The notes beneath the pieces were generated by a model. The model was not told where the DNA came from and ran no database searches. It worked only from the letters and a program-made list of their open reading frames with translations. The translations under genes were made by a program, and so were the position numbers. From the NCBI GenBank assembly GCA_963766645.1, contig CAVYAY010000002.1:1318529-1382528 (forward strand): DNA of 64,000 bases, read 5' to 3'. Shown here piece by piece: positions 45,214 through 54,318 of this stretch (position 1 is the first letter of the stretch; each line of letters begins with the position of its first letter). This DNA comes from an uncultured Chloroflexia bacterium. GTDB lineage: Bacteria > Chloroflexota > Dehalococcoidia > DSTF01 > WHTK01.

Positions 45214-46218
45214 ATGACCACGCAATTGACGTTGGAAATCACGCTGGACGGGCAGGCGTTCCCGCCGAACCACCGCTACGACCTGGAGCAGCCGTTGCTG
45301 CAAGGGCGGGTGCCGATCGAAGGCGTGACGATCAGGCCGTCGGCCCCGATGCAATCCGCGGGCTACTTCGATAACCCGAAGTTCAAGGCCGGCGACTTCG
45401 GGCTGCTCGACATCAACGTTGGCGACGTGATCCCGGCGATGGAGGCGGGCTGGGACATGGTCTGCCTGCCGGTGTTTAACAAGCGCAAGCCGGTCTATAA
45501 CTATCTCTGGGTGCGCGCCGACCGCGGCATCGAGTCGCCGAAAGACCTCGAGGGCAAGACGTTCGGCACGGTGGGCTACGCGAGCTCGATATCGACGTTC
45601 AGCCGGGGCCTACTGCAGCGATTCTTCGGCGTTGACCTGACAAAGCTGCGGTGGCTGCTGCCGGCGCCGGGGCCGTTCCCGTTATACCGCGGCGTCGAGT
45701 CGCAGATGGAGATCGCGACGGGGGAGCGCAAGAGCGCGATCCAGCGGCTGCTGGACGGCGACATCGACGCGAGCACGGGCGACATCACGGACGCGGCTCT
45801 GTGGCAGGCGCTGGAGTCGAGCGACAAGGTGAAACGCCTCTTCCCCGACTACCGGGAGATGAACCGGCAGCTGTGGCAGGAGCACGGGGTCCACACACCG
45901 ACGCACGTCATCGTCATGGGAGGCAGGCTCAGCCGCGAGCACCCGGACCTGGCGCGCAAGATCTACGACGCGTTCGTGGAGTCGAAGCGGTTGGCGCTGA
46001 ACGACGCGCTGGGCGACGGGACGAGCTACTCGATGCTGATGCACATGCGCGAGGCGATCCGCGACCAGCTGGCCGAGTGGGGAGACGTCTATCCGATGGG
46101 AATCAAGGCGGACCGCAACACGATCGACTGGTTCCTCGACTTCAATCTGGAGCAGGGCCTAACGCGGGAGCGCCTGAGCTACACGCAGGTCTTCGCCGCC
46201 GGCACGCTGGACACGTGA
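45214..46218 (+). CDS. 4,5-dihydroxyphthalate-decarboxylase-like protein (periplasmic-binding-protein/NMT1-like fold)
   Basis: Pattern GRVPIEGV.., LPVF.KR, GIESPKDLEGKTFG, LLDGDIDA, RLFPDYRE, THVIVM, YPMG and QGL..RLSY..VFA resembles the PhtD/Pht5-type decarboxylase family as I remember it. No signal peptide. Confidence 0.5.
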   Translation: MTTQLTLEITLDGQAFPPNHRYDLEQPLLQGRVPIEGVTIRPSAPMQSAGYFDNPKFKAGDFGLLDINVGDVIPAMEAGWDMVCLPVFNKRKPVYNYLWVRADRGIESPKDLEGKTFGTVGYASSISTFSRGLLQRFFGVDLTKLRWLLPAPGPFPLYRGVESQMEIATGERKSAIQRLLDGDIDASTGDITDAALWQALESSDKVKRLFPDYREMNRQLWQEHGVHTPTHVIVMGGRLSREHPDLARKIYDAFVESKRLALNDALGDGTSYSMLMHMREAIRDQLAEWGDVYPMGIKADRNTIDWFLDFNLEQGLTRERLSYTQVFAAGTLDT

Positions 46219-46895
46219 CATCTTCGTTCCCGCCGGACGCCTTTCGCAAAGAGGACGAGTCGCCGGACAGCGTTTTCTACGAATCGGCGCGGCTAGTGAA
46301 CCACATCGATGACTACGCCATCGCGGCGGTGGGCGAGGCGTACCGCTGCTTTCTGCCGCCGGAGGGTGAGTACCTAGACCTGATGAGCAGCTGGGTGTCT
46401 CACTTCCCGGCCGATTTCCCGCGGAATCGGATCGTCGGGCACGGGATGAACGAGGAGGAGCTGAAGGCGAACCCGGCGCTGGCTGAGTACGTGCTGCAGG
46501 ACCTCAACGAGGACCCCAAGCTGCCGTTCGAGGACAGCCGCTTCGACGGCGTCGTGATTTGCGTGTCGGTGCAGTATCTGACGCGGCCGGTGGAGGTGTT
46601 CGCCGAGATCGGGCGGGTGCTGAAGCCGGGGTGCCCGCTGATTGTGGCGTTCTCGAATCGCTGCTTCCCGATGAAGGCGGTGCGGCTTTGGACCACGCTG
46701 GGCGACTCTGGGCACGCGCGGCTGGTCTCGACGTATGCCGCCGAGTCAGGCGCGTTCGCGGAGGCGGAGGCGTACGACTTCAGTCCGCGGCAGACGGGGT
46801 ATGGCGTGCCGCCGGAGCTGAGGGAGCGTGTGGCCACCGGGGGGATCTATAGCGACCCGTTGTTCGTCGTGGTGGCGAGGAAGAAGCAAGCGTAG
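46215..46895 (+). CDS. class I SAM-dependent methyltransferase
   Basis: The GTG start overlaps the upstream stop (GTGA). YLDLMSSWVSH, FDGVVICVSVQYL and VLKPGCPLIVAF are Methyltransf_11-like motifs. The long upstream part of ORF 45651-46895 is out-of-frame overlap with the previous gene. Confidence 0.7.
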   Translation: MTSSFPPDAFRKEDESPDSVFYESARLVNHIDDYAIAAVGEAYRCFLPPEGEYLDLMSSWVSHFPADFPRNRIVGHGMNEEELKANPALAEYVLQDLNEDPKLPFEDSRFDGVVICVSVQYLTRPVEVFAEIGRVLKPGCPLIVAFSNRCFPMKAVRLWTTLGDSGHARLVSTYAAESGAFAEAEAYDFSPRQTGYGVPPELRERVATGGIYSDPLFVVVARKKQA

Positions 46896-46987
46896 GCGGG
46901 GCGTCGTCTGCGGGACTTGGCGATGAGGAGGACGGGCCACTTCCGATCCTTCGGCTTCGCCATCAGGATGCCAGAGGGATGGGACGC

Positions 46988-47311
46988 ATGATCTACGAGC
47001 TGCGTATCTACGACGTGATCCCCAGCAAGCTGCAGACGCTGAACGACCGTTTTGCAAACACAACGGTGCGTATCTTCGAGAAGCACGGCATCAAGGTCGT
47101 CGGCTTCTGGACGGACGTTGTTGGGGTGAGCAACCGGATAACGTACATAGTGGCGTTCGACGACATGGCGCACCGGGATACGGCGTGGCGGGAGACACTG
47201 AGCGACCCGGACCTGGTGCAGGCGTTCTCGGAGTCGGAGAGGGACGGGCCGTTAATCGCGCGCATGACGAACACGCTGATGCAGCCGACGTCCTACTCTC
47301 CGCTGCAGTAA
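46988..47311 (+). CDS. NIPSNAP family protein
   Basis: MIYELRIYDV.P.KL..L.DRF...T..IFEKHGIKVVGFW and ITYIVAFDDMAHRD..W are typical NIPSNAP. Confidence 0.75.
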   Translation: MIYELRIYDVIPSKLQTLNDRFANTTVRIFEKHGIKVVGFWTDVVGVSNRITYIVAFDDMAHRDTAWRETLSDPDLVQAFSESERDGPLIARMTNTLMQPTSYSPLQ

Positions 47312-47315
47312 TCGC

Positions 47316-48080
47316 CTACGCCGCCGTGGGGAGCGTCAGGAGCATCTGAAAGCCGCCGCGGGGACTGGGCGCGGCGCGCAGGCCGCCACCCTGCGCCTCG
47401 ACCAAGCTCTTGCAGATCGCGAGGCCGAGTCCGCTGCCGCTGGCTTCCCCTTGGTGTGAGCCGCGGTAGAAGGGCTCGAAGACCTGCTCGATCTCGCCGG
47501 GTGGAACGCCGGGGCCTTCGTCCTGCACGGCGATGAGCACGCTGTCGCGGGCGCAGCCGACGCGGATCGTGATGCCGCCGCCGGGCCGCGAGTACTTGTG
47601 CGCGTTTTCGACCAGGTTGTTGAGGACTTGCCGCAGTCGGTGCGGGTCGGCAAAGAGAAGCAAAGCCTCCGGATATAGCTCAATCTGCAGGTTGCGGCCG
47701 GGCGCCAGGGCCTGCAGGTCGTCGGCGTGGTCGACGATGAAGGAGCGGACCTCCATGGTCACGGGCCGCACGGTTGCGGCTTCCTGCTTCACGAGCGTTT
47801 CGAGGTCGCCAACGATGACCTGAGCGAGCTCCGCCGAGCGGTCGATACGGCGCATGATGTCCTTGACCTCGTCCAGGCTGATGCGCGTCTTGCGCTGGAG
47901 CACGACGGACGAGTAAGCGTGGATCACCGTCAACGGAGATCGCAGCTCGTGCGTGACTGCGCGCAGCAGAGCGCGGCTCCACTGCGGCAGGCCTGTCCCG
48001 TCCGGATCCCCGCCCGAGCGCTGGAAGATGCCGGCGCGGGGCGATGGACGGGAAGCGGTAACGATATCTTTAGCGACCAT
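47316..48080 (-). CDS. histidine kinase core (HisKA + HATPase_c) without recognisable sensor/TM region
   Basis: H-box VTHELRSPLTV, N-box LNNLVENAHKY, DEGPGV and GSGLGLAICK. Only about 45 aa precede the H-box. Confidence 0.85.
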   Translation of the reverse strand: MVAKDIVTASRPSPRAGIFQRSGGDPDGTGLPQWSRALLRAVTHELRSPLTVIHAYSSVVLQRKTRISLDEVKDIMRRIDRSAELAQVIVGDLETLVKQEAATVRPVTMEVRSFIVDHADDLQALAPGRNLQIELYPEALLLFADPHRLRQVLNNLVENAHKYSRPGGGITIRVGCARDSVLIAVQDEGPGVPPGEIEQVFEPFYRGSHQGEASGSGLGLAICKSLVEAQGGGLRAAPSPRGGFQMLLTLPTAA

Positions 48081-48302
48081 TCAATACCCCCAGGGGACTG
48101 ATTTGCCGTGGCGGCGGGGAACCGCAGGCCCTGACCTACAGGTCCAGTTGCGAGGATATTGCTAAACTGCCGCGAAACATTGCAGCCGCATCTCACAGGC
48201 ATCACACGGCCGTCTCAGTTTGCATAACGGGAATCTACGCCCGCTTGAGCCCTCTTCACGATTAGCTCGTTCAAGCCGACCTGTAGAGGAGAAGAACGAG
48301 CA

Positions 48303-48677
48303 TTGAGTAAGGGAAGAAATGTGAAGCAGGCACTGATCGTCGATCCCCAGGGAGCAGTCGAAGACTTTGCGAGCAGCGCGCTAGGGCTCTACGAGCAGAC
48401 AACGGCCCGCTCGCTGCAAGAAGCGGCGGCCCTGGCATCGGGGGCTGAGTACGACCTCGTCCTGATCGCGAAACCGGCCGAGATTTGCGACGGCGCAATG
48501 TGGACGATGGTGGAGCGCATCGCGAAGCTGGCAAGCGGCGCGGCCTTTGTCATGATCCACACGGAAGCCGGCGACGCTGCATTCCACGCGCGAGCTGCGG
48601 CCCTCGGCGTCACGGTGGTGACGACGCCGCTGGGCGTGATGGCGCGAAGGCTGATCGACGAGGTGACAGCGGGCTAA
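48303..48677 (+). CDS. hypothetical receiver-like (pseudo-receiver?) protein
   Basis: The alternating beta/alpha pattern ALIVDPQ .. YDLVLIA .. AFVMIH .. VTVVTTP resembles a CheY fold. It lacks the acidic pair and the conserved Lys context. A GTG at 48318 behind AAGGGAAG may be the real start. Its stop overlaps the convergent regulator gene. Confidence 0.4.
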   Translation: MSKGRNVKQALIVDPQGAVEDFASSALGLYEQTTARSLQEAAALASGAEYDLVLIAKPAEICDGAMWTMVERIAKLASGAAFVMIHTEAGDAAFHARAAALGVTVVTTPLGVMARRLIDEVTAG

Positions 48678-49357
48678 CCGCGCAGGCGGTAGCCGACGCC
48701 AGCCAGCGTTTCGATCTGCGCGGTAGCCCCAGGGCCGAGCTTGCGGCGCAGGCGGCTCATGCTGACGCGCAGCAAGTGGTGCGAGCCGACGAACTCAGGA
48801 CCCCAGACGACGGTGAGAATCTGGTCGTGGGTGAGGACGCGGCCCTGGCCGCGCATGAGGAACGCCAGGATGGCGAACTCAGTGCGTGAGAGGTCGACGG
48901 TCTGTTCACCAACGATGACCTCGTGCACGGCATCGTCCAGCGTGATGGGGCCGACGGAGAGACGCTCGCCACGGGCGCCGCCGGGTCGCCCACGGCGCAG
49001 GGCGGCGCGGACGCGCGCAAGGAACTCGGTAGCGCCGAAGGGCTTGCGGATGTAGTCATCGGCGCCGGCATCGAGGGCGCGCGCCGCGATCGGTTCGTCG
49101 GCCAGGGTCGTGAGGATGAGGATCGGTGCGTCGGACAGTTCACGGACCTTGCGGCAGAGCTCGAGTCCATCGAGGCGCGGCATGCGCACGTCGGCGATAA
49201 GCAGCGCGGGGGAGAGATCATTGAACAGGTGCAGCGCTGTCTCGCCGTCCGAGCAGGAGACGACGAAGAACCCGTTGAGCTGCAGGATGCGCGAGACGGC
49301 GGCCAGGATCGTGGGGTCGTCGTCGGCGACGAGGATGTGCGGCGTGAAGCGGGTCAT
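48674..49357 (-). CDS. OmpR/PhoB-family response regulator
   Basis: Receiver HILVADDDP .. LLIADVRMPRLDG .. ILILT .. DDYIRKPF, plus a winged-helix output LSRTEFAILAFLM..VLTHDQIL..VW..LRVSMSRLRRKL..GVGYRL. Confidence 0.93.
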   Translation of the reverse strand: MTRFTPHILVADDDPTILAAVSRILQLNGFFVVSCSDGETALHLFNDLSPALLIADVRMPRLDGLELCRKVRELSDAPILILTTLADEPIAARALDAGADDYIRKPFGATEFLARVRAALRRGRPGGARGERLSVGPITLDDAVHEVIVGEQTVDLSRTEFAILAFLMRGQGRVLTHDQILTVVWGPEFVGSHHLLRVSMSRLRRKLGPGATAQIETLAGVGYRLRG

Positions 49358-49698
49358 GACGGTCTCCCGCGACGTTCGATGGCGTTAGACGGTGCTGGTG
49401 AGGCGATCCTTGCCCTGGAACCTTCGGCCCTGCTTTCCCTGCGATGTCGCTGCCGGATAACAGCTCGCATGGAACCCCCCAGGTTTATTGGCGGCACATG
49501 ATTTGGGTGACTTCAGGGCGGGGTATGGGGACGCCCAGGAGCGCGAAACTGGGCACAGGCACTCCTGGACGTTTATACGAATCGACCAATGAAACGTCGA
49601 TCCGTATGTTTCATACCGCAATTTCGGGCGTTTAAACCAAACTGTTATCCGTTTGTGCCGTCTCTGAGACGGTCTGTATATGTTCTCGCATGCGGCTG

Positions 49699-50463
49699 TT
49701 ATTTCTGCTGCGCGAGCCGGGTGCCTCCCGCCTGGTCCATCGAGTACGTCAGCGCGAGGCCGCCTTCATCGTTGTCGGGCTCCGGCAGGCCAAAGAGGCG
49801 CAGGCCGGTCGGTTGTAGGTAGGTGATGGCACCGGCGTCGCCGACGCGGAAGGGGCGGTCGTGGCCGGGGTAGAAGGCATCGGCGGCCTCGAGGAGCTTG
49901 CGAATGCTGGCCTTCGCCGCATCTTCGTCCCAGAAGACGATGCGCGGCAGGCCGGTCTTCACCGACAGTGCGTTGGGCAAGGCGTCGCCGCTGATTGCCA
50001 ACGTGCCGTTTTCGGAGCGGACGAGGAGCGCCATGCTGCCCTTGCTGTGCCCCGGCGTCTCGATGACGCTGACGCCGTCATCGATCTCGTCCCCGCCGCT
50101 GACCTCCTGAAGCTGCGTCGATTCGAGGATGAGGCTGGTGTAGCCGGTGGTTGCCCAGTCGGTAGGCAGCGGGTTCTTGATGTACTCGCGCTCCACCGGG
50201 TGGATGAGGACCTTTGCGTTGGGGAAGAGGTCGATGTTGAGCATGTGGTCCCAGTGCGAGTGGGTCAGAAAGATGTAGTCGATGTCGTCCGGCGTGAGGC
50301 CGCGTTCTTTGAGGCGCTCGAGCAGTAGGGTACGGCGGCCGTTGTGCGCGACATCGACGAGGATGCGCTTCGTGCCTTCGATGAGGGTGACGCCGCAGAA
50401 GGCGAGGTTGCCCTGATCGGTGCCGAGGGAGAAGCCCTGGAGGATGGTCTCAACTTTAGCCAT
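49699..50463 (-). CDS. MBL-fold metallo-hydrolase
   Basis: LTHSHWDH metal motif, TPGHSKGS and GH near the C-terminus. Confidence 0.8.
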   Translation of the reverse strand: MAKVETILQGFSLGTDQGNLAFCGVTLIEGTKRILVDVAHNGRRTLLLERLKERGLTPDDIDYIFLTHSHWDHMLNIDLFPNAKVLIHPVEREYIKNPLPTDWATTGYTSLILESTQLQEVSGGDEIDDGVSVIETPGHSKGSMALLVRSENGTLAISGDALPNALSVKTGLPRIVFWDEDAAKASIRKLLEAADAFYPGHDRPFRVGDAGAITYLQPTGLRLFGLPEPDNDEGGLALTYSMDQAGGTRLAQQK

Positions 50464-50466
50464 CGC

Positions 50467-50829
50467 TTACTGGACGACCGCGTCGTCGGTGAGGGGCATG
50501 AAGACGCAGAGGCGGCCTTGCGGGCTGTTGCGGGTGATGTGGCCTTTGCCGGTGAGGTCTTCGATCAGGGTGAGGACGCCGGGCCTCACGGTCAGCTTTT
50601 GGCCATCGCCGGTCTCGATCTCACCTTCGCCGAGGACGGTAGCGATGATCTGGCGGCGCGGGCCGACGTGCCAGTCTACGTTGGTGCTGGGCTGCATTTT
50701 CACGACCTGCACGCCGGTGCCGGCGATGAGGCCGGAGCGGCCGTTCTCCAGGGTGACTTTGACGGGTTCCATGCTGCTGGAGCCGTCGGGGCGGGTAAAG
50801 ATGCGCCAGACGTCTACGGTTTCTGCCAT
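50467..50829 (-). CDS. small cupin-like beta-barrel protein
   Basis: 120 aa, beta-rich, with WHVGPRRQ..VLGEGEIETGDG ... GHITR. It lies 3 nt upstream of the MBL gene. The family assignment is tentative. Confidence 0.4.
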   Translation of the reverse strand: MAETVDVWRIFTRPDGSSSMEPVKVTLENGRSGLIAGTGVQVVKMQPSTNVDWHVGPRRQIIATVLGEGEIETGDGQKLTVRPGVLTLIEDLTGKGHITRNSPQGRLCVFMPLTDDAVVQ

Positions 50830-51041
50830 TGGAGTGCTCCTAATCCATTTGAGGCAAGTCTATGTCAGATTTGGTTGCATCGCCGAATACGGTCCGCGTC
50901 CACCTGCACAGGTTGAAGGAAAAGCTAAGCGCCTCAGGCATGCTGCTAATCACCGAGGCAATCTTCAAAGGCATTCTGGTGCGTCCTGGCGTTGAGTGAT
51001 TCGAAGTTGGTACGTTTTTGAAATAGAACGTAAACGTATAT

Positions 51042-51383
51042 TTGGTGACGAGGGGTCGAGGGGCTGTCAACATGTTGGCACTCGAGCCAACCCAATTCTT
51101 TTCTCAAGGAATGGTCGTCATGAGGAACAAGGCCCGAAACCTCGGAATCTTCCTTGGCTCCATGGTCATCGTGGCTGTATTCACCTACTTGATAGCCAAT
51201 AAACGACGCCTCGCGCTGCTCCTGGTCCGGGTACCACGTGCATCAAACTATCGATATCTTTACACCACTGCAGCGGTAACAACAAACAACAATGGTGCCA
51301 CTGCCTTGAGCGCGAACACTGTGTATGGCACCGGTTCAACTTCGTCTGTGAATGATTGGATCCACAACTGGACGGGTTGGTGA
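51042..51383 (+). CDS. orphan small membrane protein in a low-GC island
   Basis: It has a basic N-terminus, one TM helix (LGIFLGSMVIVAVFTYLIA) and a Thr/Asn/Ser/Gly-rich tail ending ..SSVNDWIHNWTGW. An internal start (MRNKARN, 51120) is possible. The composition is unlike all neighbours. Confidence 0.35.
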   Translation: MVTRGRGAVNMLALEPTQFFSQGMVVMRNKARNLGIFLGSMVIVAVFTYLIANKRRLALLLVRVPRASNYRYLYTTAAVTTNNNGATALSANTVYGTGSTSSVNDWIHNWTGW

Positions 51384-51591
51384 GTCTGGAAGCCGCAACA
51401 TTAAGACGGCAGACGCTCGCTGGTTTGGCCCCTCACCATCCTCGATCACAACACTTCGAGGGCACTGAAGGAACGGGCCTCAGACTCTCGGTCAGCTTTT
51501 GTAGCTCCTCGCAGGTGAGCTCGATGAATCGTCAGGATTGAACCTGCAGTAAGGCGTCTCTTATCCGCGGCCCCTTTCAGCCTCACGGGGT

Positions 51592-52401
51592 CTAGGGGGT
51601 GGCGCGGCGGGCGCCGCCGTCCATGTAGATGGCGCTGGCCTGGACGTAGCTGCAGGCCTCCGAGGCGAGGAAGCAGGTGACTCTGGCGACCTCCTCCGGT
51701 TCGCACATGCGGCCGGCGGGGAGCTCGCGGGCGGCGCGGTCGATTGCGGCTTCGATCTCGGCCTCGTCGGCGAACGCGGCCGGCGCGCTGGGCCGCGACG
51801 CGGCGGTGCTCGCGGGTGCGCGGCGTGTTGGTGAGGCCGGGGCAGATCGTGTTGACGAGGATGCCGTCCTTGACGCCGACGTCGGAGAGGGCGCGCGTCA
51901 TGTTGAGGATGTTGACGTTGGCGAAGCTGGCGGGGAGGTTGGTGGCGGTTGGGCCGGTGCCAGCCGCGCCAGCGATGTTGACGATGCGTCCCCAGCCCTG
52001 GGCCTGCATGTAGGGGAACGCCATCTGCGATAGGCGGAGGTAGCTGTAGAGCTTGAGGCCGAGGGCGTCGTCGATCAGCTCCGGTGGTCAACTCGTCGAG
52101 GACGTGCGCCTGCTGGGCGGCGCCAGCGACGTTGACCAGGATGTCGATGCCGCCAAAGTGCGTGGCGCAGGCGGCCATGGCGTCGCTGGCAGCCGGCTTC
52201 GGTGCTGAGGTCGGCGGAGACCCAGAACGCCTCACCGCCGGCGTCTTCGATCTCGGTGACGACCTCGGTGAGGCGGCGCTCGTCGCGGGCGACGGCGCAG
52301 ACGCGGGCGCCTTCCTCGCGAGCTCGAGCGGCGCAGGCGCGTCCGATGCCGCTGCTGGCGCCGGTGACGAGGGCGCGCTTGCCTGTGAGTCCTAAGTCCA
52401 T
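51592..52401 (-). CDS. short-chain dehydrogenase/reductase (FabG-like), at least 3 frameshifts
   Basis: KRALVTGASSGIGRA (ORF 52075-52401), GGIDILVNVAGAA (ORF 51561-52235), GRIVNIAG and VNTICPG (ORF 51446-52024). The end ..YMDGGARRATP* is readable at 51592. Confidence 0.75.
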
Positions 52402-52495
52402 CGTTCAGTCCTATTCAAATTCGAAATGTCTTGGAGCTGAGCCCCTGCGCATCGCTCTTGCGCTGCTCCGCCCGGGTTACTAAATGGAAAGAACT

Positions 52496-52671
52496 GGGGG
52501 ACACCCCCCAGGCCCCCCCGCGCATGGGCTGCGCCCCCGCTACCCCTGCCGGCGTCTGCGATTGGGCAGCATTGCAGTACGTTGGTCAGGTCGTGGGTGG
52601 TTAACGCCGAACCGGGGGCTGAACCTCGCGGCATGGCTTCGTTCGGACGGCTGCGCTGCTCTGTCATTCGC
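52496..52671. repeat. solo copy of the GGGGACACCCC..GGGCTGCGCCCC..GGACGGCTG element
   Basis: GGGGGACACCCCCCAGGCCCCCCCGCGCATGGGCTGCGCCCCCGCTACCCCTGCCGGCG closely matches units 1-2 of the 38.5-kb array. It ends with GGACGGCTGCGCTGC, as the array units do. Confidence 0.75.
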
Positions 52672-52676
52672 AAGGT

Positions 52677-54072
52677 CTAGTTCCCTGGGATCGTGAGGCG
52701 GATTAGCTCCGCGGCGTCGGGGAGGGCTTCCAGGTTGCGACAGGCTTCGATGAGCTCGGCGTACTGCGACTCGGAGATCGGGATGCCGCCGGCGATGGCG
52801 CCGATGCGGCGCACCTCCTCGTCGAAGTCCCAGATGAACTCGCGGCCGGTGGCCTTGCGCGTGTAGCGCTTGCCGTCCTTGGTGAAGATCGTGATCTTCG
52901 GCCCGAAGAGGGTCTGACGCTTGGACGGAATGAGCGTGACGCGCTGCATCAGGTCGAGCACGGCGGGCGGGTCGTCCGGCTCGGGGCCGGTCTTGAGCAG
53001 CGGGAAGCCGCGCTCGACGGCGCCGTAGGCGGAGTAGTAGTGCGTGCTGCCGGGCTTGGGCTGGTTGTCGCGATCGGCGCCGGGAAGGCCGGGCTGGGGT
53101 AGAGCGGTCTCGAACCAGTTGACCACCGCCTCGATGCGGTCGATGTCCTCGGGCCGGATGTCGTTGTCGCGGCAGAGCGCCGGCGGTGACGTCGATGTGG
53201 GCGATGTTGAAGCCGGCGACGGAGTGGATGCGGTAGAGCGTCTCGAGGAACTGCCAGCGCTTGCCGAGGTCCTCGGCGATGCGCTCGAGGTCTGTCTGCT
53301 TGGGCCCGTCGAAGGCGTAGCTGAGCTTGCCGCGGTTGTTGCCGGTGTAGGAGGTGGTAGAAGCCGGCGTCGCCCTCGAGGACGGTCTCGCCGCCGCGGC
53401 ATGCCCTGCTTCGCCAGCGCGACGGCGAGCAGGGCGTTGCGCACCGCGCCGCCTTCGCGCAGGGAGCGGCCGCCGCTGCGGGCGCCCTCCAGGTTGCCGG
53501 CCGCGAGGTTGACGCACTGCGCGATGGCGCCGTGGATCTGCTCGCGCGTCGAGGCCGCATGATCTTGGCCGCCGCGATGGCGGCGCCGAAGATGCCGAAC
53601 ACGGGCCCGGCGTGGAAGCCGCGCGCCATGACCGTCGGGATGAAGTCGGCGGCCATGCGCTCCATGACTTCGTAGGCCGGCGACGATGCCGGTGATGTAC
53701 TGCTGGCCGGTGGCGCTCTCGAGCTCGGCGGCGAGGAGGCCGGTCGGGAGGATGTTGCAGCCGGGGTGGGTCAGCATGCGGAAGGTGTCCCATTTGCCGC
53801 CGGCGTAGATCAGCTCCGAGTTGACGAAGGCGGCGCCGCCTTTGGTCAGCTTGGTGCCGTCGACAAGGACGGTGGCGACGCCGCCTCCGCCCGCTTCTTC
53901 CTCCTGCATCAGCGCGAGGGCGTCTTTGCCGGGCTGCGTGCCGGCGCCGATCAGCGCGGAGCTGAGGCCGTGCAGGGTGAGGCCTTTGGCGCGGTCTACG
54001 ACGTCGGGCGGGAGGTCGTCGTACTCGAGGTCGTGCGACCCAGTTGGCGAGTTGGCGGCTGAGAGAGGGCAC
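52677..54072 (-). CDS. MmgE/PrpD family protein, multiple frameshifts
   Basis: LSRQLANWVA..YDDLPPDVVDRAK, LHGLSSALIGAG, GGVATVLVDG, THPGCNILPTGLLAAE, YEVMERMAA..MARGFHAGPVFG and the C-terminal part in ORF 52677-53909 are spread over all three minus frames. The 586-aa Arg/Pro-rich ORF 52540-54300 is mostly out of frame. Confidence 0.75.
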
Positions 54073-54318
54073 GGGCTGCTCCTGGAGGTTGCGGCGCGGG
54101 GACGTACGTACTTTAGACCACGGTCCGGGGGAGTGGGAGTTCAGGGCGGGAACTGAAGGGTAGTTGGCGTTACGTTTACGATGATGCGCCTGTCTATCCA
54201 GTCCAACAGTCGTTGCCACGAGGAGAGGGAGAGCTTGAGGGGTTGAGCGATCGGGCTGGATACAACGAATCGGCGGGGTACCGCCGATTCGTTGCGTCAC
54301 ACCGTGGAGGTATGGAAG

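Noticed and set aside
45651-46214. N-terminal 188 codons of ORF 45651-46895.
   Set aside because: This part overlaps the well-supported decarboxylase-like gene in another frame and is Arg/Gly/Ala-rich. Methyltransferase motifs begin only after the GTG at 46215, which overlaps the upstream stop.
49358-49698. Possible ncRNA or terminator (CCGTCTCTGAGACGG at about 49654-49668) in the AT-richer spacer between the OmpR regulator and the MBL gene.
   Set aside because: The hairpin is short and lacks a U-tract on either strand. The spacer is more simply the promoter region of the regulator gene plus the 3' UTR of the MBL gene.
52540-54300. 586-aa minus-strand ORF as a real Arg/Pro-rich protein.
   Set aside because: PrpD/MmgE motifs are found in the two other minus frames across the same span. 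This ORF is mostly an out-of-frame reading kept open by GC bias.
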